The notes under the pieces are model-generated. The model saw only the letters and a program-made list of their open reading frames with translations, searched no databases and had not been told where the DNA came from. From Histomonas meleagridis 2922-C6/04-290x (taxonomy: Eukaryota > Protista > Parabasalia), in NCBI GenBank assembly GCA_020184695.1, contig JAANOX010000061.1, positions 62,001 through 126,000 on the forward strand: 64,000 nt of DNA, given 5' to 3'. Below, piece after piece: positions 21,705 through 32,950 of the stretch. A program made the position numbers and the translations under genes. Position 1 is the stretch's first letter. Each line of letters starts with the position of its first letter.

Positions 21705-24700
21705 TTACTCACTTTCAATTTTTGGCGTCAAAATCTTCACCGGCATATTTGGCTCACCGAAAACTATTTTCTCATCGCCGACGGCCAATGCATTTCTCGA
21801 TATGCATAGTGATGGCTGACACATTTTTGTATACGATCCATAGTTCTTCTTCAGGGAGAAGTCTATTCTTCTCAACAATTGCTGTATTCTTCTCTTCGAC
21901 AACTTCTGCGGCGGCGCTTCATCAGAAGGAGCCAAACCAGTGCCCATGCCTTGTTTGAAGCAAATCGGGCATTTGTCGTCAGAGTTACAGCATTCGACTT
22001 GTTGATGGAACATATGTCCGCAAGGGAAAATCAAGAATTCGACAGTTGACTTCTCTATAGGTTGATAACAACTTGAGCAATATAAATCGGTCGCATTTGA
22101 CGCAATGCCTGTTGAGTTATGTTCGAATGCTTTGTTTATCAATGCTATACAATCGTTGACACACATTTCATTTACGCTATCAGACAAATTCTTTTTATAT
22201 TCGAGTTCGAATAATATTTGTTTCATTACTAACGAAGCTTCTTCGTTAGAAAATGTTCGAATATGTCTAACAACAATTGGTAATAATTCATTTGCTTCGA
22301 TGAATTTTAATGATTGAATAATGAAATGTGTATATAATACAGTTAATGTTTGATGAATGTTTTTATGTTTCGTACGTGAATGATATAAAGGGAATGTAAA
22401 TATTCTAAACAGTTTTAATGTATGTGTTTCTTTTAAGAAACTTACACCAATATCGATAGCTTGTATCGAGTTCTTAAGTTGTGGGAAACGTGTTAAATCT
22501 CCTTCACTAGTACATTCGAAATCATTATTATCCATTTCAATGAAATCTAAGAGAATGTTTTCAATTGCTGATATCGCAGAATCGATATCACCTAAATGAC
22601 GTGCTATATGTATTAAGCAATCGCCATTATTATATTTCTTACATATAACTTTCGCTTCATTTATATTAATTTCAGTTAAATGATCTTGTAAAAAGTTTAA
22701 TGCGTTTTGTGGCTCAAACATACAAAGTAATTTGAAATATAAATCAATGTTAACAATGGAATTAGGATCAATTTCATATAATGCATCTAAATATAAATAC
22801 ATAATTCTTTCATTAGGTAATATACTAATTAATGATTCATGAATATCTTTCATATATTCATTAATTATTTGTAATGTTTTAAGATTATTAATTAATAACA
22901 TTGGTATTATATTTTTAGTGACTGCTGTTTTAATTTCATTAATATCATTAATATGTTCTTCAATGAATATAAATAATTCATTTGAATATTCTTCATCAAT
23001 TAACATCGCTTCAATGATTTTATCATATGATTTACTTTCTAAATATTTATTAAGTATCCACGGCAAAAATCCAGCAGATAAACAATATTCATCTAATTTA
23101 TTCTTTGGGATAATATTTGGATATTCTTTTGTTATCATATTTAATACTTTAATACGTTGTGATGAATATCCATTACTTTGAAATACCCATTGTAATGTTA
23201 ACCTAATACATGGAGGTGTTAAATCAGCTAATGAATTAGAGAATAATGGACAAACGAAATTTAATATTGGTGAACATTTCTCAAATAAAAAATCTTGTAA
23301 TGAGATAAATATTGTATCAACAAATGTTGTATGTGTAATAATAGAATTCGCTTTAGTTGAAAACATAATTGGACATAATGAAAAGATAATCATTAATATT
23401 TCAGTCGTTTTAATTGGATCTAATTTAATTAAATCTACAAGTCGTTTAAACACTTTACTTTGTAATGGTGTTAATAACCAAATGGATAAATATTTTTGTT
23501 TGATTGTAGATGCACGTTGAAATGCTTTAACCATATAATCGACATAATATTCGGGATGTTTTTCCCAATATACATTTGCTGGCGTAATGAAATCTTCTTT
23601 ATCCATTAAAAGTTTCCCAAATAATTTATATAATTCATATGAATATGAAATTTGTGAATTCTCTATAAGATATTCACTTGGTATATTTAATGTTAATAAA
23701 TATTCTTCAACTTCTTTTAATTTATTTTCACGTTTATATATGTCTAATATCTTCTTTAATAATTCTGGCTTTAAATAATATGCAACTTGAGCTTTAGTAT
23801 TAGTAAATAATGTTTCGAAAAATTCAAGTTCTTTATGTTTCTCTTCAATCATCATTAAGATATCAGTACATAAATAATCTAATAAGTCAAGTTTATCCGA
23901 ATTTAATATCGCAAATTGTAATTTCGACTTAAATTCTGTTTCGTCTTCAACGTTTATGATTTTGTCCATATAACGCTTTAATACTTCTGATCCAGTCTTC
24001 TTTACGTCAAATAAGAAATGTGATCCTTTTTGCGTAAAGCCAATGACATCATATGAAAGTTTATTATATGATTTAATTAAACTATCAAATGCAATATCGA
24101 AATCATCTGTTTCAACTTCATTCATAATTCGATAATTCCATGCACTAAATTTAGTGTCAATAATGTTTTTATGATTTAAAATATATAAATGTTCTTCATA
24201 TGTGAATAAATAACTCGATAACTTTAACGCGGATTCTGTTAATGGTGTTTGCTTTCGATTTACTAATTGTTTACGTTCAATTGGATCACCACTTAAACTT
24301 GACATAATAAGTGGTTTAACATTAAGAAATCGCATTTGATAATTAGTTGTTATAGCTAGAAATAGTTCTTGATTAAATGGTAAAACTTTTTTGATGATTA
24401 AATTATCTGTAAAAAGTTCGACATCATTCATGCGATGACATTTATCAGGTGAAGAAACAATAAAACGAAGAAAAGAATTGTGATAAAAACAAAAGAGATC
24501 AAAATTAGATTGATTATTTCGGAGAAGAATTTGTGGAAATTGCTTAGTGCCTAATGTGACAGTAGTTGCAACTTTTGGTGATGATGAAATCTTAAGATCA
24601 ATTATTGTAAATTTGGAATCATAAAGTAAAATAGAAATTGGAAATGGTGATTTATCATCGGATTTGATAATAACTTTAACTGGTACAGTATCCTTGGATA

Positions 24701-25136
24701 AAACTGAGGTCTTGCTGGGTTTGGCTACTGATGTATAAGATGTTAATCCGCTATAATCAGATGCAATTATCTTTCTGGAATTAGGTGTAAATGATATAGC
24801 TGTAATTGCATAATTATGAAGTCCAACAATATTCTTCATAAGTGTGCAGTTTCTAATAGACCAAACTGAAATTGAACCATCATGATTTCCTGTTGCTATT
24901 AATTCGTTATTTGGAGATATACAAATTGAAATGGGAGTTGCTTTTGCTTCGGGTGAAAGTTGAAATGCTTTGAGAATCCCATTCTTAAAATTATAAAGAA
25001 TCGGAGTTGGTTGATCAGTTCCAATAGCTAAAAGTCCATTTGAAAAAGAAAATGATTTAAAAGACCTTGAGTTGTTTAGCTTCAGAATCCCATTAGTTCC
25101 TGGAAGGATACTCATGAAAACTTCCTTTAGATTCAT
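21705..25136 (-). CDS. Vps8-like protein (WD40 / solenoid / RING)
   Basis: N-terminal WD40 (LIATGNHDGSISVWSI), helical middle region and C-terminal RING-like CSSC...FPCGHMFH...CPIC. Confidence 0.7.
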   Translation of the reverse strand: MNLKEVFMSILPGTNGILKLNNSRSFKSFSFSNGLLAIGTDQPTPILYNFKNGILKAFQLSPEAKATPISICISPNNELIATGNHDGSISVWSIRNCTLMKNIVGLHNYAITAISFTPNSRKIIASDYSGLTSYTSVAKPSKTSVLSKDTVPVKVIIKSDDKSPFPISILLYDSKFTIIDLKISSSPKVATTVTLGTKQFPQILLRNNQSNFDLFCFYHNSFLRFIVSSPDKCHRMNDVELFTDNLIIKKVLPFNQELFLAITTNYQMRFLNVKPLIMSSLSGDPIERKQLVNRKQTPLTESALKLSSYLFTYEEHLYILNHKNIIDTKFSAWNYRIMNEVETDDFDIAFDSLIKSYNKLSYDVIGFTQKGSHFLFDVKKTGSEVLKRYMDKIINVEDETEFKSKLQFAILNSDKLDLLDYLCTDILMMIEEKHKELEFFETLFTNTKAQVAYYLKPELLKKILDIYKRENKLKEVEEYLLTLNIPSEYLIENSQISYSYELYKLFGKLLMDKEDFITPANVYWEKHPEYYVDYMVKAFQRASTIKQKYLSIWLLTPLQSKVFKRLVDLIKLDPIKTTEILMIIFSLCPIMFSTKANSIITHTTFVDTIFISLQDFLFEKCSPILNFVCPLFSNSLADLTPPCIRLTLQWVFQSNGYSSQRIKVLNMITKEYPNIIPKNKLDEYCLSAGFLPWILNKYLESKSYDKIIEAMLIDEEYSNELFIFIEEHINDINEIKTAVTKNIIPMLLINNLKTLQIINEYMKDIHESLISILPNERIMYLYLDALYEIDPNSIVNIDLYFKLLCMFEPQNALNFLQDHLTEININEAKVICKKYNNGDCLIHIARHLGDIDSAISAIENILLDFIEMDNNDFECTSEGDLTRFPQLKNSIQAIDIGVSFLKETHTLKLFRIFTFPLYHSRTKHKNIHQTLTVLYTHFIIQSLKFIEANELLPIVVRHIRTFSNEEASLVMKQILFELEYKKNLSDSVNEMCVNDCIALINKAFEHNSTGIASNATDLYCSSCYQPIEKSTVEFLIFPCGHMFHQQVECCNSDDKCPICFKQGMGTGLAPSDEAPPQKLSKRRIQQLLRRIDFSLKKNYGSYTKMCQPSLCISRNALAVGDEKIVFGEPNMPVKILTPKIESE

Positions 25137-25300
25137 TTCTTTTTTTTTTAATTCCAGATGTCACTTTTTAACAAAAATGTCAAATGGGGTGTCCCAAATA
25201 CGAATAATTTTTAAACGGTTTAGCCAATATGAAAAATTTTAAATAAACTACGCAAAAAATCGAATGATAACTGGCAAGTTGCCACAAACAACTGACTTTG

Positions 25301-28282
25301 ATGCTGATTTTATTCTTTTTCTCTGGTATTTCAATATCAAATTTTTGCTATAAAGGTTATTCTGGATATACATGTCCAACTGGATATAAAAAAATTGCAT
25401 CAATGGAAGATATCCGTTCAAATACTTCAGTAACTGATGCAAATATTCTAATTCTCTATAATGGATTTGTTCTTGATGACTTTAGTTTTTTGAAGTCACT
25501 TAGTATTAGTTCTTATTCTGACAAAGATCATTTTACAATTTCTACACGGTTAAAAGAATTTAATTCTGTAAAATTTTCAAACATTGAAATTATTTTTAAA
25601 GATAACATAAACAGTGCTATTTTTTCTTCAGCTACATTATCACATGTTTCATTTAATCCGAGTCAATTTTTAATTTCTTCATCAGATGATCTTACTTTAG
25701 ACTTTTACACACTTTCATATCTTCCTAAAATCAATACAGGCACGATTAAAATTATTGATGATGGACATAAATTTGAAGGATTTCGTGACATCTCAATCAA
25801 ATATGCACAATTTTCTATTAATGTCCCACAAGTTATCTATAAAAGTCCGAAGCAAATGATAATTGAGTTCTTAGATAGAGGCACAATTCGTTTTCATGTT
25901 GATACGTCATTTCTATCAAGTACATATGGTATCACTACAACATTTACGAAAGATGTTCAAGTATATTGTGCTGAAAAAGGATCAAATTCATATATAAATC
26001 TTAAATGTATTATATCCAAAGGAGCCACAATGTATTATAATGGATACACATATGAAACACAAGTGAATAGTCAAAATTATGGAACATTAATTATCGAAAA
26101 TTCAAATTTATTTAAGAACGTATTTATATTCCAAGATAAGTCTAAAATAATTCTAAAGAATAGTTCTATTGAATATTTAGATATAAATGGAACAATTACA
26201 ATTGATTCTGATATTGATCAAACTAAATTATTCCGAATTTATGCTCATGGTAATTCATATCTTCATTCATTACGTCCAATTAATATAATTCCTCAATTAA
26301 TACATACTGGTAAATTTAAAGTTGATGGAGATAATATAACTATTAATGGATTTTCACCATTAACATATGAAAGTAATATTTATTTAAATATTCCACTTGT
26401 TTCTGATGAGTTAGAACTTGAGTTTAAATTTGGTGATCCAATTAATTTTACATTTAAAGAAATTGATTTAAGGAAATTACAACTTGATATAAGTGGAAAT
26501 GATAAAACAACAATCGAACAATTTAATGAAATTACTAAAAATGGAATTAAAATATTTAAAGGCAAAATATTAAATGATAACATTAACTTAATGTTAAATG
26601 TTGAAAATAATTATTTACCATATCAAACATCAGCAATATTAAATTCATATCGATTAAAATATGAGAAAATTATTACTGATAATTCACTTGGATTTAAGTT
26701 TATAGGTAATCCTTATTATACATATCCAATAATTTGTTATCAAAATGATACAAAAATATGTCAATATCGAATAACTAATAATAATCAAAAATGGACTGAT
26801 TTTATTACTAATGATACAATTACAGCTATAATACTCTTTAAAGAAACCACTGAAATTATAGTAAAAGATGTAAATCCAAATATTAACATAATGATTAATG
26901 GAAGTAAACATTTAGCAAATCTAAATTTCCAACAAAATCAAATCCAAAGACTTGAATTAGTTGAAACAAGTATTCAACGAATTGATAAAATCAAAATTCA
27001 AATTGATAAACTAATGGTATTAAATAACAGTCAAATATTTGGTAATTTTTTAGTTGAAAATGGAAAAAGTTTAGTTGTAGATTCAACTACATTAAGTTAT
27101 GTTGATAATACTGAAATAAGATCAAGTTTCCAATTAGTTGAATATCTTATTGATAGTTCATATTCCACATTAAATATTGATGATAATGACTTTGTAGTTG
27201 TTACAAATAATGATATTGGAACAATTAAAAATCATAAAATTACACGTTTTATAAATATGGGATATTTACGAATTAATATGGAAACTAATAAATTTACTGA
27301 TAAAATTACTATAATTAATGATGAATTAATTGATTCAAGTGTTGAATTAATTGGTAATAATCAATGTAATGTTGAATTCGAAGGTAAACATACATTTATA
27401 ACAAATACGCAAAGTATTTCATTTGGAATTACATCGAATTGTTTCATTACATTTAAATCGTTACGTTATTTCACATATATTAAAATTCCAAAAATTCATA
27501 TTAAACAAAATGAAAATGTTAATATTGGATTTGGTTTAGATGTATTAAGTATTGGTGAAGTTGTTTTAGATAAATTACAAATCGATGGAAAAGGTTTTAT
27601 TGATATCCCAATAAATATGAGAATTAACTCAATAAGTTTTACTGGTAATGATCAAATTCTAATTAATGGAATTGGTAATGCAATTATAAATTATAATGGT
27701 GATAAAGATGTAACTTTAAGTTCATTAAATAATGGTATAACTCAAATTAATATTGTTATAAATAAAATTACTTCATATAAACCAATTAAAATTAATGGTA
27801 AACATAGTGATGAATCATATATCGATTTATTTGTATTAATAAATGAAAAACTTGAAGAAGGCAAAAAATTCATTTTAGTTTCAACAAATAAAAATCAACA
27901 ATTTAATAATATCGTAATAAAAAGTAAAAATAGTGTCCGGATAATGAAAACTGAAGCTGGAATCGAAATCATCGGAAGAAAAGATGAAGAAAGTAGTGCC
28001 ACTGAACAAGAAACAAGTGAAACACAATCAGAAAGTAGTAAAACTGAAGAAGAACACAGTGAAAGTGAAGAAGAGAGCAGCGGATCTGAGGAAGAAGGAG
28101 GCGGTGGCGACAAAGACAAGAAATGGGTAATAATCGGAGTTGTGGTGGGAATTGCAGTAGTCGCTGTGATCGTACTATTGGTGATTTTGTTGGTAAAGAA
28201 GAAGAACGAAGATGACGCAATTCAGTCATTGATGGCAGCGGTCAACGTGAATGATAACTATACAAATGAAAAAGCTTTGTAA
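25301..28282 (+). CDS. Large type-I membrane/surface protein
   Basis: Hydrophobic N-terminal signal-like segment, ~900-aa Asn/Ile-rich ectodomain, acidic Ser/Glu stalk, TM helix WVIIGVVVGIAVVAVIVLLVILLV, KKK stop-transfer and a short tail. Confidence 0.8.
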   Translation: MLILFFFSGISISNFCYKGYSGYTCPTGYKKIASMEDIRSNTSVTDANILILYNGFVLDDFSFLKSLSISSYSDKDHFTISTRLKEFNSVKFSNIEIIFKDNINSAIFSSATLSHVSFNPSQFLISSSDDLTLDFYTLSYLPKINTGTIKIIDDGHKFEGFRDISIKYAQFSINVPQVIYKSPKQMIIEFLDRGTIRFHVDTSFLSSTYGITTTFTKDVQVYCAEKGSNSYINLKCIISKGATMYYNGYTYETQVNSQNYGTLIIENSNLFKNVFIFQDKSKIILKNSSIEYLDINGTITIDSDIDQTKLFRIYAHGNSYLHSLRPINIIPQLIHTGKFKVDGDNITINGFSPLTYESNIYLNIPLVSDELELEFKFGDPINFTFKEIDLRKLQLDISGNDKTTIEQFNEITKNGIKIFKGKILNDNINLMLNVENNYLPYQTSAILNSYRLKYEKIITDNSLGFKFIGNPYYTYPIICYQNDTKICQYRITNNNQKWTDFITNDTITAIILFKETTEIIVKDVNPNINIMINGSKHLANLNFQQNQIQRLELVETSIQRIDKIKIQIDKLMVLNNSQIFGNFLVENGKSLVVDSTTLSYVDNTEIRSSFQLVEYLIDSSYSTLNIDDNDFVVVTNNDIGTIKNHKITRFINMGYLRINMETNKFTDKITIINDELIDSSVELIGNNQCNVEFEGKHTFITNTQSISFGITSNCFITFKSLRYFTYIKIPKIHIKQNENVNIGFGLDVLSIGEVVLDKLQIDGKGFIDIPINMRINSISFTGNDQILINGIGNAIINYNGDKDVTLSSLNNGITQINIVINKITSYKPIKINGKHSDESYIDLFVLINEKLEEGKKFILVSTNKNQQFNNIVIKSKNSVRIMKTEAGIEIIGRKDEESSATEQETSETQSESSKTEEEHSESEEESSGSEEEGGGGDKDKKWVIIGVVVGIAVVAVIVLLVILLVKKKNEDDAIQSLMAAVNVNDNYTNEKAL

Positions 28283-28831
28283 ATTTCTGATTCCCTTAGG
28301 AATTGATGAAATGAATAAAAGAAATTGTAAATCAAAAATAAATTTAATATTAAATTATGTAATTAATGTTATGCTCTTTTGTCAGCTTTAAAATATGCAG
28401 TTGAATATGGAAATGAAAAAAAATCATTCGTTTATGTAAACAAAATAATTCAACACTTGAAGATTCTTGTGAAACAGCAATTGAATTTCATCGAATTGAT
28501 ATCTTTGCATATGTTTATTAAAAAAAATGTTCATTTATCTCAATTTAACCAAACTTATTTACAAAAATTTCACTGTGGGATTATTTATTTATTCCGCATT
28601 CAAACAACATTTCACAAAGGTTTTTTCTTGGACAAAAATTAGAATTTAACAATGGAACATGATTCTTTTCTTTTTACATAAATTTTAAAACAGATTTATT
28701 GCAACACTAAGTCACTTTTTTTTTCTCAATAATGCATCACTTATTAAAACTCCATGCAAACCATTTCATATGAAAAAGATTTCTCAAAAAAAAATCAAAT
28801 AAATATATTTTAAAATTCATTGATCTTAGTT

Positions 28832-29353
28832 TTATTTTTTTTGTGATCTAATAATATAATATTCAATAGAATCTGTGTAACCATTTTGTTGTGCGATTTG
28901 AATTGTCAAATATTATTAAAACATGTTCTAAATTATTAAAATGAATATTTTTTGCATTAACATCAATTCCTTTATCTAAAAGTAATTTTACTATTTCTAT
29001 ATTATTATTTCTAACTGCTATATGAAGTGCTGTTTCAAATTATTAAAACATATTCTAAATTATTAAAACATATTACAAATTATTAAAACATATTCTAAAT
29101 TATTAAAACATATTCCAAATTATTAAAATGAATAGTTTTTGCATTAACATCAATTCCTTTATCTAAAAGTAATTTTACTATTTCTATATTATTATTTCTA
29201 ACTGCTATATGAAGTGCTGTTTCAAATTATTAAAACATATTCTAAATTATTAAAACATATTACAAATTATTAAAACATATTCCAGATTATTAAAACATAT
29301 TCTAAATTATTAAAACATATTCTAAATTATGAAAACATATATAAAATTATTAA
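28832..29353 (-). repeat. Interrupted ankyrin mini-array A with 20-nt minisatellite spacers
   Basis: Two near-identical units TALHIAVRNNNIEIVKLLLDKGIDVNAK(T/N) start at 29220 and 29033. A terminal unit TIQIAQQNGYTDSIEYYIIRSQKK* starts at 28906. Spacers are tandem ATATGTTTTAATAATTTRGA-like 20-mers. Confidence 0.85.
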
Positions 29354-30080
29354 GGCTTAAGGCAGAAACGATCATTTTAAAGAATCTTTTTATTGTAAAA
29401 ATTGCTCATATTTTAATTAAAAAAGATATCTTAATTCGTTGATTCATTGATCTCAGAATAATAAAAAACACATTCAATAATCTTTTATTTGCCAAGACAT
29501 TGTTTCGCGTTCCTAACTTTTAACATTTTAACACAATGTAAATGAGCTATATCCCCCAAAACAAAATCCCCGAAAAACGACCGTTAAATCCCTGCCAAAA
29601 TAACCGTAAAAGTGATATTCTCTGGGGTGCACTAAAAATATCACTTTTCTTAAGCCCAAAAATTTTCTTGTGGGCTTAAGGACAAGCTGTACTTTAAACA
29701 GATTAATTTTTGATATTTTTAGTGATTTCAATTTTTTTTTAAATTTTAAATCTGCTAAGAAATTCATTATGCCCAACTACTGCTATTAAAGTTCTTATAT
29801 CATATTCTAAAAAATGTTTTGGTAGTAAAAGAGTGTTTCTTATTCTTTGTTAACCCCAAATATGAAGTCATATTTACTCATCAATTTTCTTTTTCCTTTT
29901 AAACATATTACATTTACCTGAATTGATTCTGTGCTTGTTACCAATGGACACCCTATGCTATACCTGGGTGCCTTTAAACGTGGTTGATTTTTACCAATGA
30001 TTTTTAAATTTTGATATATTGGTTAACAGAACTGAAAAAGTAAATGAATTTGTGGAAGGCTTAATTGTGTAAGTGATTTA

Positions 30081-30920
30081 GTGAATAAATTTCGTTTCAA
30101 AGTCAATCTGTTTTGTGGGCAAAATGCTCCTTGTTTTAGTGACGGTTTCAAACTTTTTGTGCGAGGTACGTTTATTTTTCCGTTGAGAGGAATAAAAAGG
30201 CTCAAACAAGAGCTTCAAGATCAAATAGAAGCAATATTCCCAAATATCCCAAAAATAAACATTAGCTCTTACCTGCACCACCATCCTTCATTATCTGCTG
30301 TTGATGTAATTATTCATTTTTTGGAAACATCTGAACCAACCGCACGTCATCTTAATGCAAAAAACGCCCTTGCTCTTGCTCAAGCAAGAACTGTATTAAA
30401 AAATCAACAAAAAACAAAAAATGACCCACAAAAGAATCCACTAAATGATAATATTCCTGCTAAATTCGGAGAAGAGCCAGATCATCAGTTTACCAAAATT
30501 TTTGAATTGGTGGCTGATTTTAAAATAAGAGAAACAGATAAGTTATTAGCTGATAAATTTGCAAATATTATTTCTCGATCAAGACTTCAAAAAAGAAGGT
30601 CCAAATTACAAGAAGAAGCTTTTCTCAGCAAGGTTGCATTTGAGTATACGTTTGAATTAGCCAATGGTTATATATCACTAGATGCAAATGATTGGGAAAA
30701 ATGGGTTAATTCGCACCCAAACATTAAATTTGAAACACCAAAGTTTTGTTGTGGTATGGTTCTTCTTGTTAAAGATCCATTATTCTCATTTTCACAAATG
30801 ATTGAACATATTCCTGAATACAGAAATGTGATTTTTTCTCAAAACAAGTTATGTGGAATTGGTATATATGAAACTCCACAAAAATCTATTTTCTTTACTG
30901 TTTTTACTGGTAATCTTTAA
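30081..30920 (+). CDS. Hypothetical protein, C-terminus weakly CAP/SCP-like
   Basis: 279-codon open frame with no in-frame ATG near the 5' end, so the start is uncertain. YRNVIF...CGIGIY resembles a CAP-domain C-terminus. Confidence 0.35.
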   Translation: MNKFRFKVNLFCGQNAPCFSDGFKLFVRGTFIFPLRGIKRLKQELQDQIEAIFPNIPKINISSYLHHHPSLSAVDVIIHFLETSEPTARHLNAKNALALAQARTVLKNQQKTKNDPQKNPLNDNIPAKFGEEPDHQFTKIFELVADFKIRETDKLLADKFANIISRSRLQKRRSKLQEEAFLSKVAFEYTFELANGYISLDANDWEKWVNSHPNIKFETPKFCCGMVLLVKDPLFSFSQMIEHIPEYRNVIFSQNKLCGIGIYETPQKSIFFTVFTGNL

Positions 30921-31027
30921 ATTATATAATAAACATTTTTTATATTTTTTTATGTTTAAAAATATTTTTGAAAAGAATAACATATAAATATAAATTAGTA
31001 GTTACAATTTTACTTGCAAATTTAAGT

Positions 31028-31704
31028 TTATTTTTTAGCATAATTTACCTTATGATTAATAATTGTTTTAACAATTTTATAATGATTATCTCGCATTGCA
31101 TATTGAGCTGCAGTTATAAATATTATAAATGATCTCCAAATATTATTTTGAAATTATAAAAAAATAAATCAAACATTAAATAATACATATTATCATCTTT
31201 AGCATTTTTATTAATTCCTTTTTGTCTAAGAAGCATTTTAACTATTTCTGTCCATCCACATTCAGCTGCAGTCATAAGTGCTGTTTTAAATTACACAAAT
31301 AATTTCCATAATTTTTTTTGAAACTTCAAATTATTAAAATAATTTTTGAATAAAACTAACAAACATCTTTGGCATTTACATCAATTTCTTTTTGATTAAG
31401 AAGTAACTTAACCACAGCTATATGTTTCTTTTCAGTTGCATATATAAGTGCTGTACTAAATAAATTAAAAATTTTCTAAATATTATTTTGAAATGTTAAA
31501 TTATTAAAACAAATATTAAATAAAACAAATAAATATCTTTAGCATTAATATCAATTCCTTTTTGTTCAAGAAGTAATTTAACGATTTCTGTACGACCATA
31601 TTCAGATGCTTTCATAAGTGCTGTTTTAAATAATTTAAAATATTTTCAAATATGATTTTGAAACTTCAAATTATTTAAATATATTTTAATGAAAAGATAT
31701 AAAT
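31028..31704 (-). repeat. Interrupted ankyrin array B downstream of a DUF3447 ORF
   Basis: Units start at 31624, 31454, 31284 and 31114 (170-bp period). The first spacer, 31704-31625, is 80 nt. The last unit ends at its own TAA (31030-31028). Confidence 0.92.
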
Positions 31705-32937
31705 ATTTTTTGTATTGACATTAATTTTTCCTTGATCTAAAATATATCTAACAAGTTCAATGTTTTCTGATTCTGAAGAAAAAACTAAAATATCACTTGG
31801 AATTTGATTGAGTTCAAGAAAATATTCAACAATAAAAATATTTCCATCTTTGGCTGCTTCATTTATAATAACATTGTTAATTTTCATTCCTTCTTCTTGC
31901 AAATATAAAAAAAGATCAAAATTATGATGATGAATACATTTCTTTCCTAAATCTTCTAAATCACAATTTTCAATAATTTTGTTTTCATAAATATATTTAA
32001 AAATATCATTTTTATGGAATTTAATTGCTGTTTCATACACATCTTTAAAAGATGAATGATTTTGTAAACATAAATAAAAAATTTCTTCATTTCCACCTGC
32101 AACTGCATATTTACCTGTATTTTCTAAGGTTGCACCATTTACAAGTAAATATTTAAAACATTTAATTGATCCAAAAAATGCTGCATAATCAATTAATGTA
32201 ACATTTATTTGAATAATAAATGAACATCTTTCATAAAATGATGGTTCAATTGTTTGATTAAAATTAAAATTCGCTTGTGATGATATTTCTTGAAGTTTTC
32301 CTATTTCATCATTTCGTATTATTTTTGCAATTTCATTTGGATTAACTCCTTCTTTAATTAAATTATTATGAAGTTCCCAATTGTTCTTTGATAGTTGGTT
32401 AAAATTTTCAATGAGATTTCTATATATCACATACTCATTATATTTGAATGTAATACCTTTAAATATGAAAGAATCAGTTCCTAGAGTGAGTTTTTGGACA
32501 ATATATGAAATCTTTTTGTTCTTAACAAAATTGTTATTAATTAAATTTTGTTCAATCATATTATCAATAAGACAGCTTGATTCAAGATGGTGTTTATTGT
32601 CTTTGAAAAGAATAAGTGAGAATACATCGAAAATTCTTGAACTAATATTATTATTTTCTTCAAACGCTTCATTTTCTTTCAAAAAAGAGAAGCAAATAGA
32701 AGTATCATTTACTCTAATAACGAATGAAGTATAAATCATTTTGCTGATAATTATATTAAAAGATAATGGACAAACAGCTTTAAATTTTTTTATTATTATA
32801 TTCGCCGATTGCATAACATTGCTTTTGTTTAACCCTAAAATTATTTGTTGGGTTTGCGCAAGAAATTCCAACCCCAAATTAATTTTTTTTGAAACTTTTT
32901 GATAGTTTTGACAGATCACATAGAATTGTTTTTTCAA
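31675..32937 (-). CDS. DUF3447/ankyrin-repeat protein, first segment
   Basis: TLIDYAAFFGSIKCFKYLLVNGA...YAVAGGNEEIF is typical of trichomonad DUF3447-ankyrin proteins. The ORF stops inside the first spacer of array B. The start is uncertain because the ORF track start is TTG. Confidence 0.88.
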   Translation of the reverse strand: MKKQFYVICQNYQKVSKKINLGLEFLAQTQQIILGLNKSNVMQSANIIIKKFKAVCPLSFNIIISKMIYTSFVIRVNDTSICFSFLKENEAFEENNNISSRIFDVFSLILFKDNKHHLESSCLIDNMIEQNLINNNFVKNKKISYIVQKLTLGTDSFIFKGITFKYNEYVIYRNLIENFNQLSKNNWELHNNLIKEGVNPNEIAKIIRNDEIGKLQEISSQANFNFNQTIEPSFYERCSFIIQINVTLIDYAAFFGSIKCFKYLLVNGATLENTGKYAVAGGNEEIFYLCLQNHSSFKDVYETAIKFHKNDIFKYIYENKIIENCDLEDLGKKCIHHHNFDLFLYLQEEGMKINNVIINEAAKDGNIFIVEYFLELNQIPSDILVFSSESENIELVRYILDQGKINVNTKNIYIFSLKYI

Positions 32938-32950
32938 TTACAATTGAATT

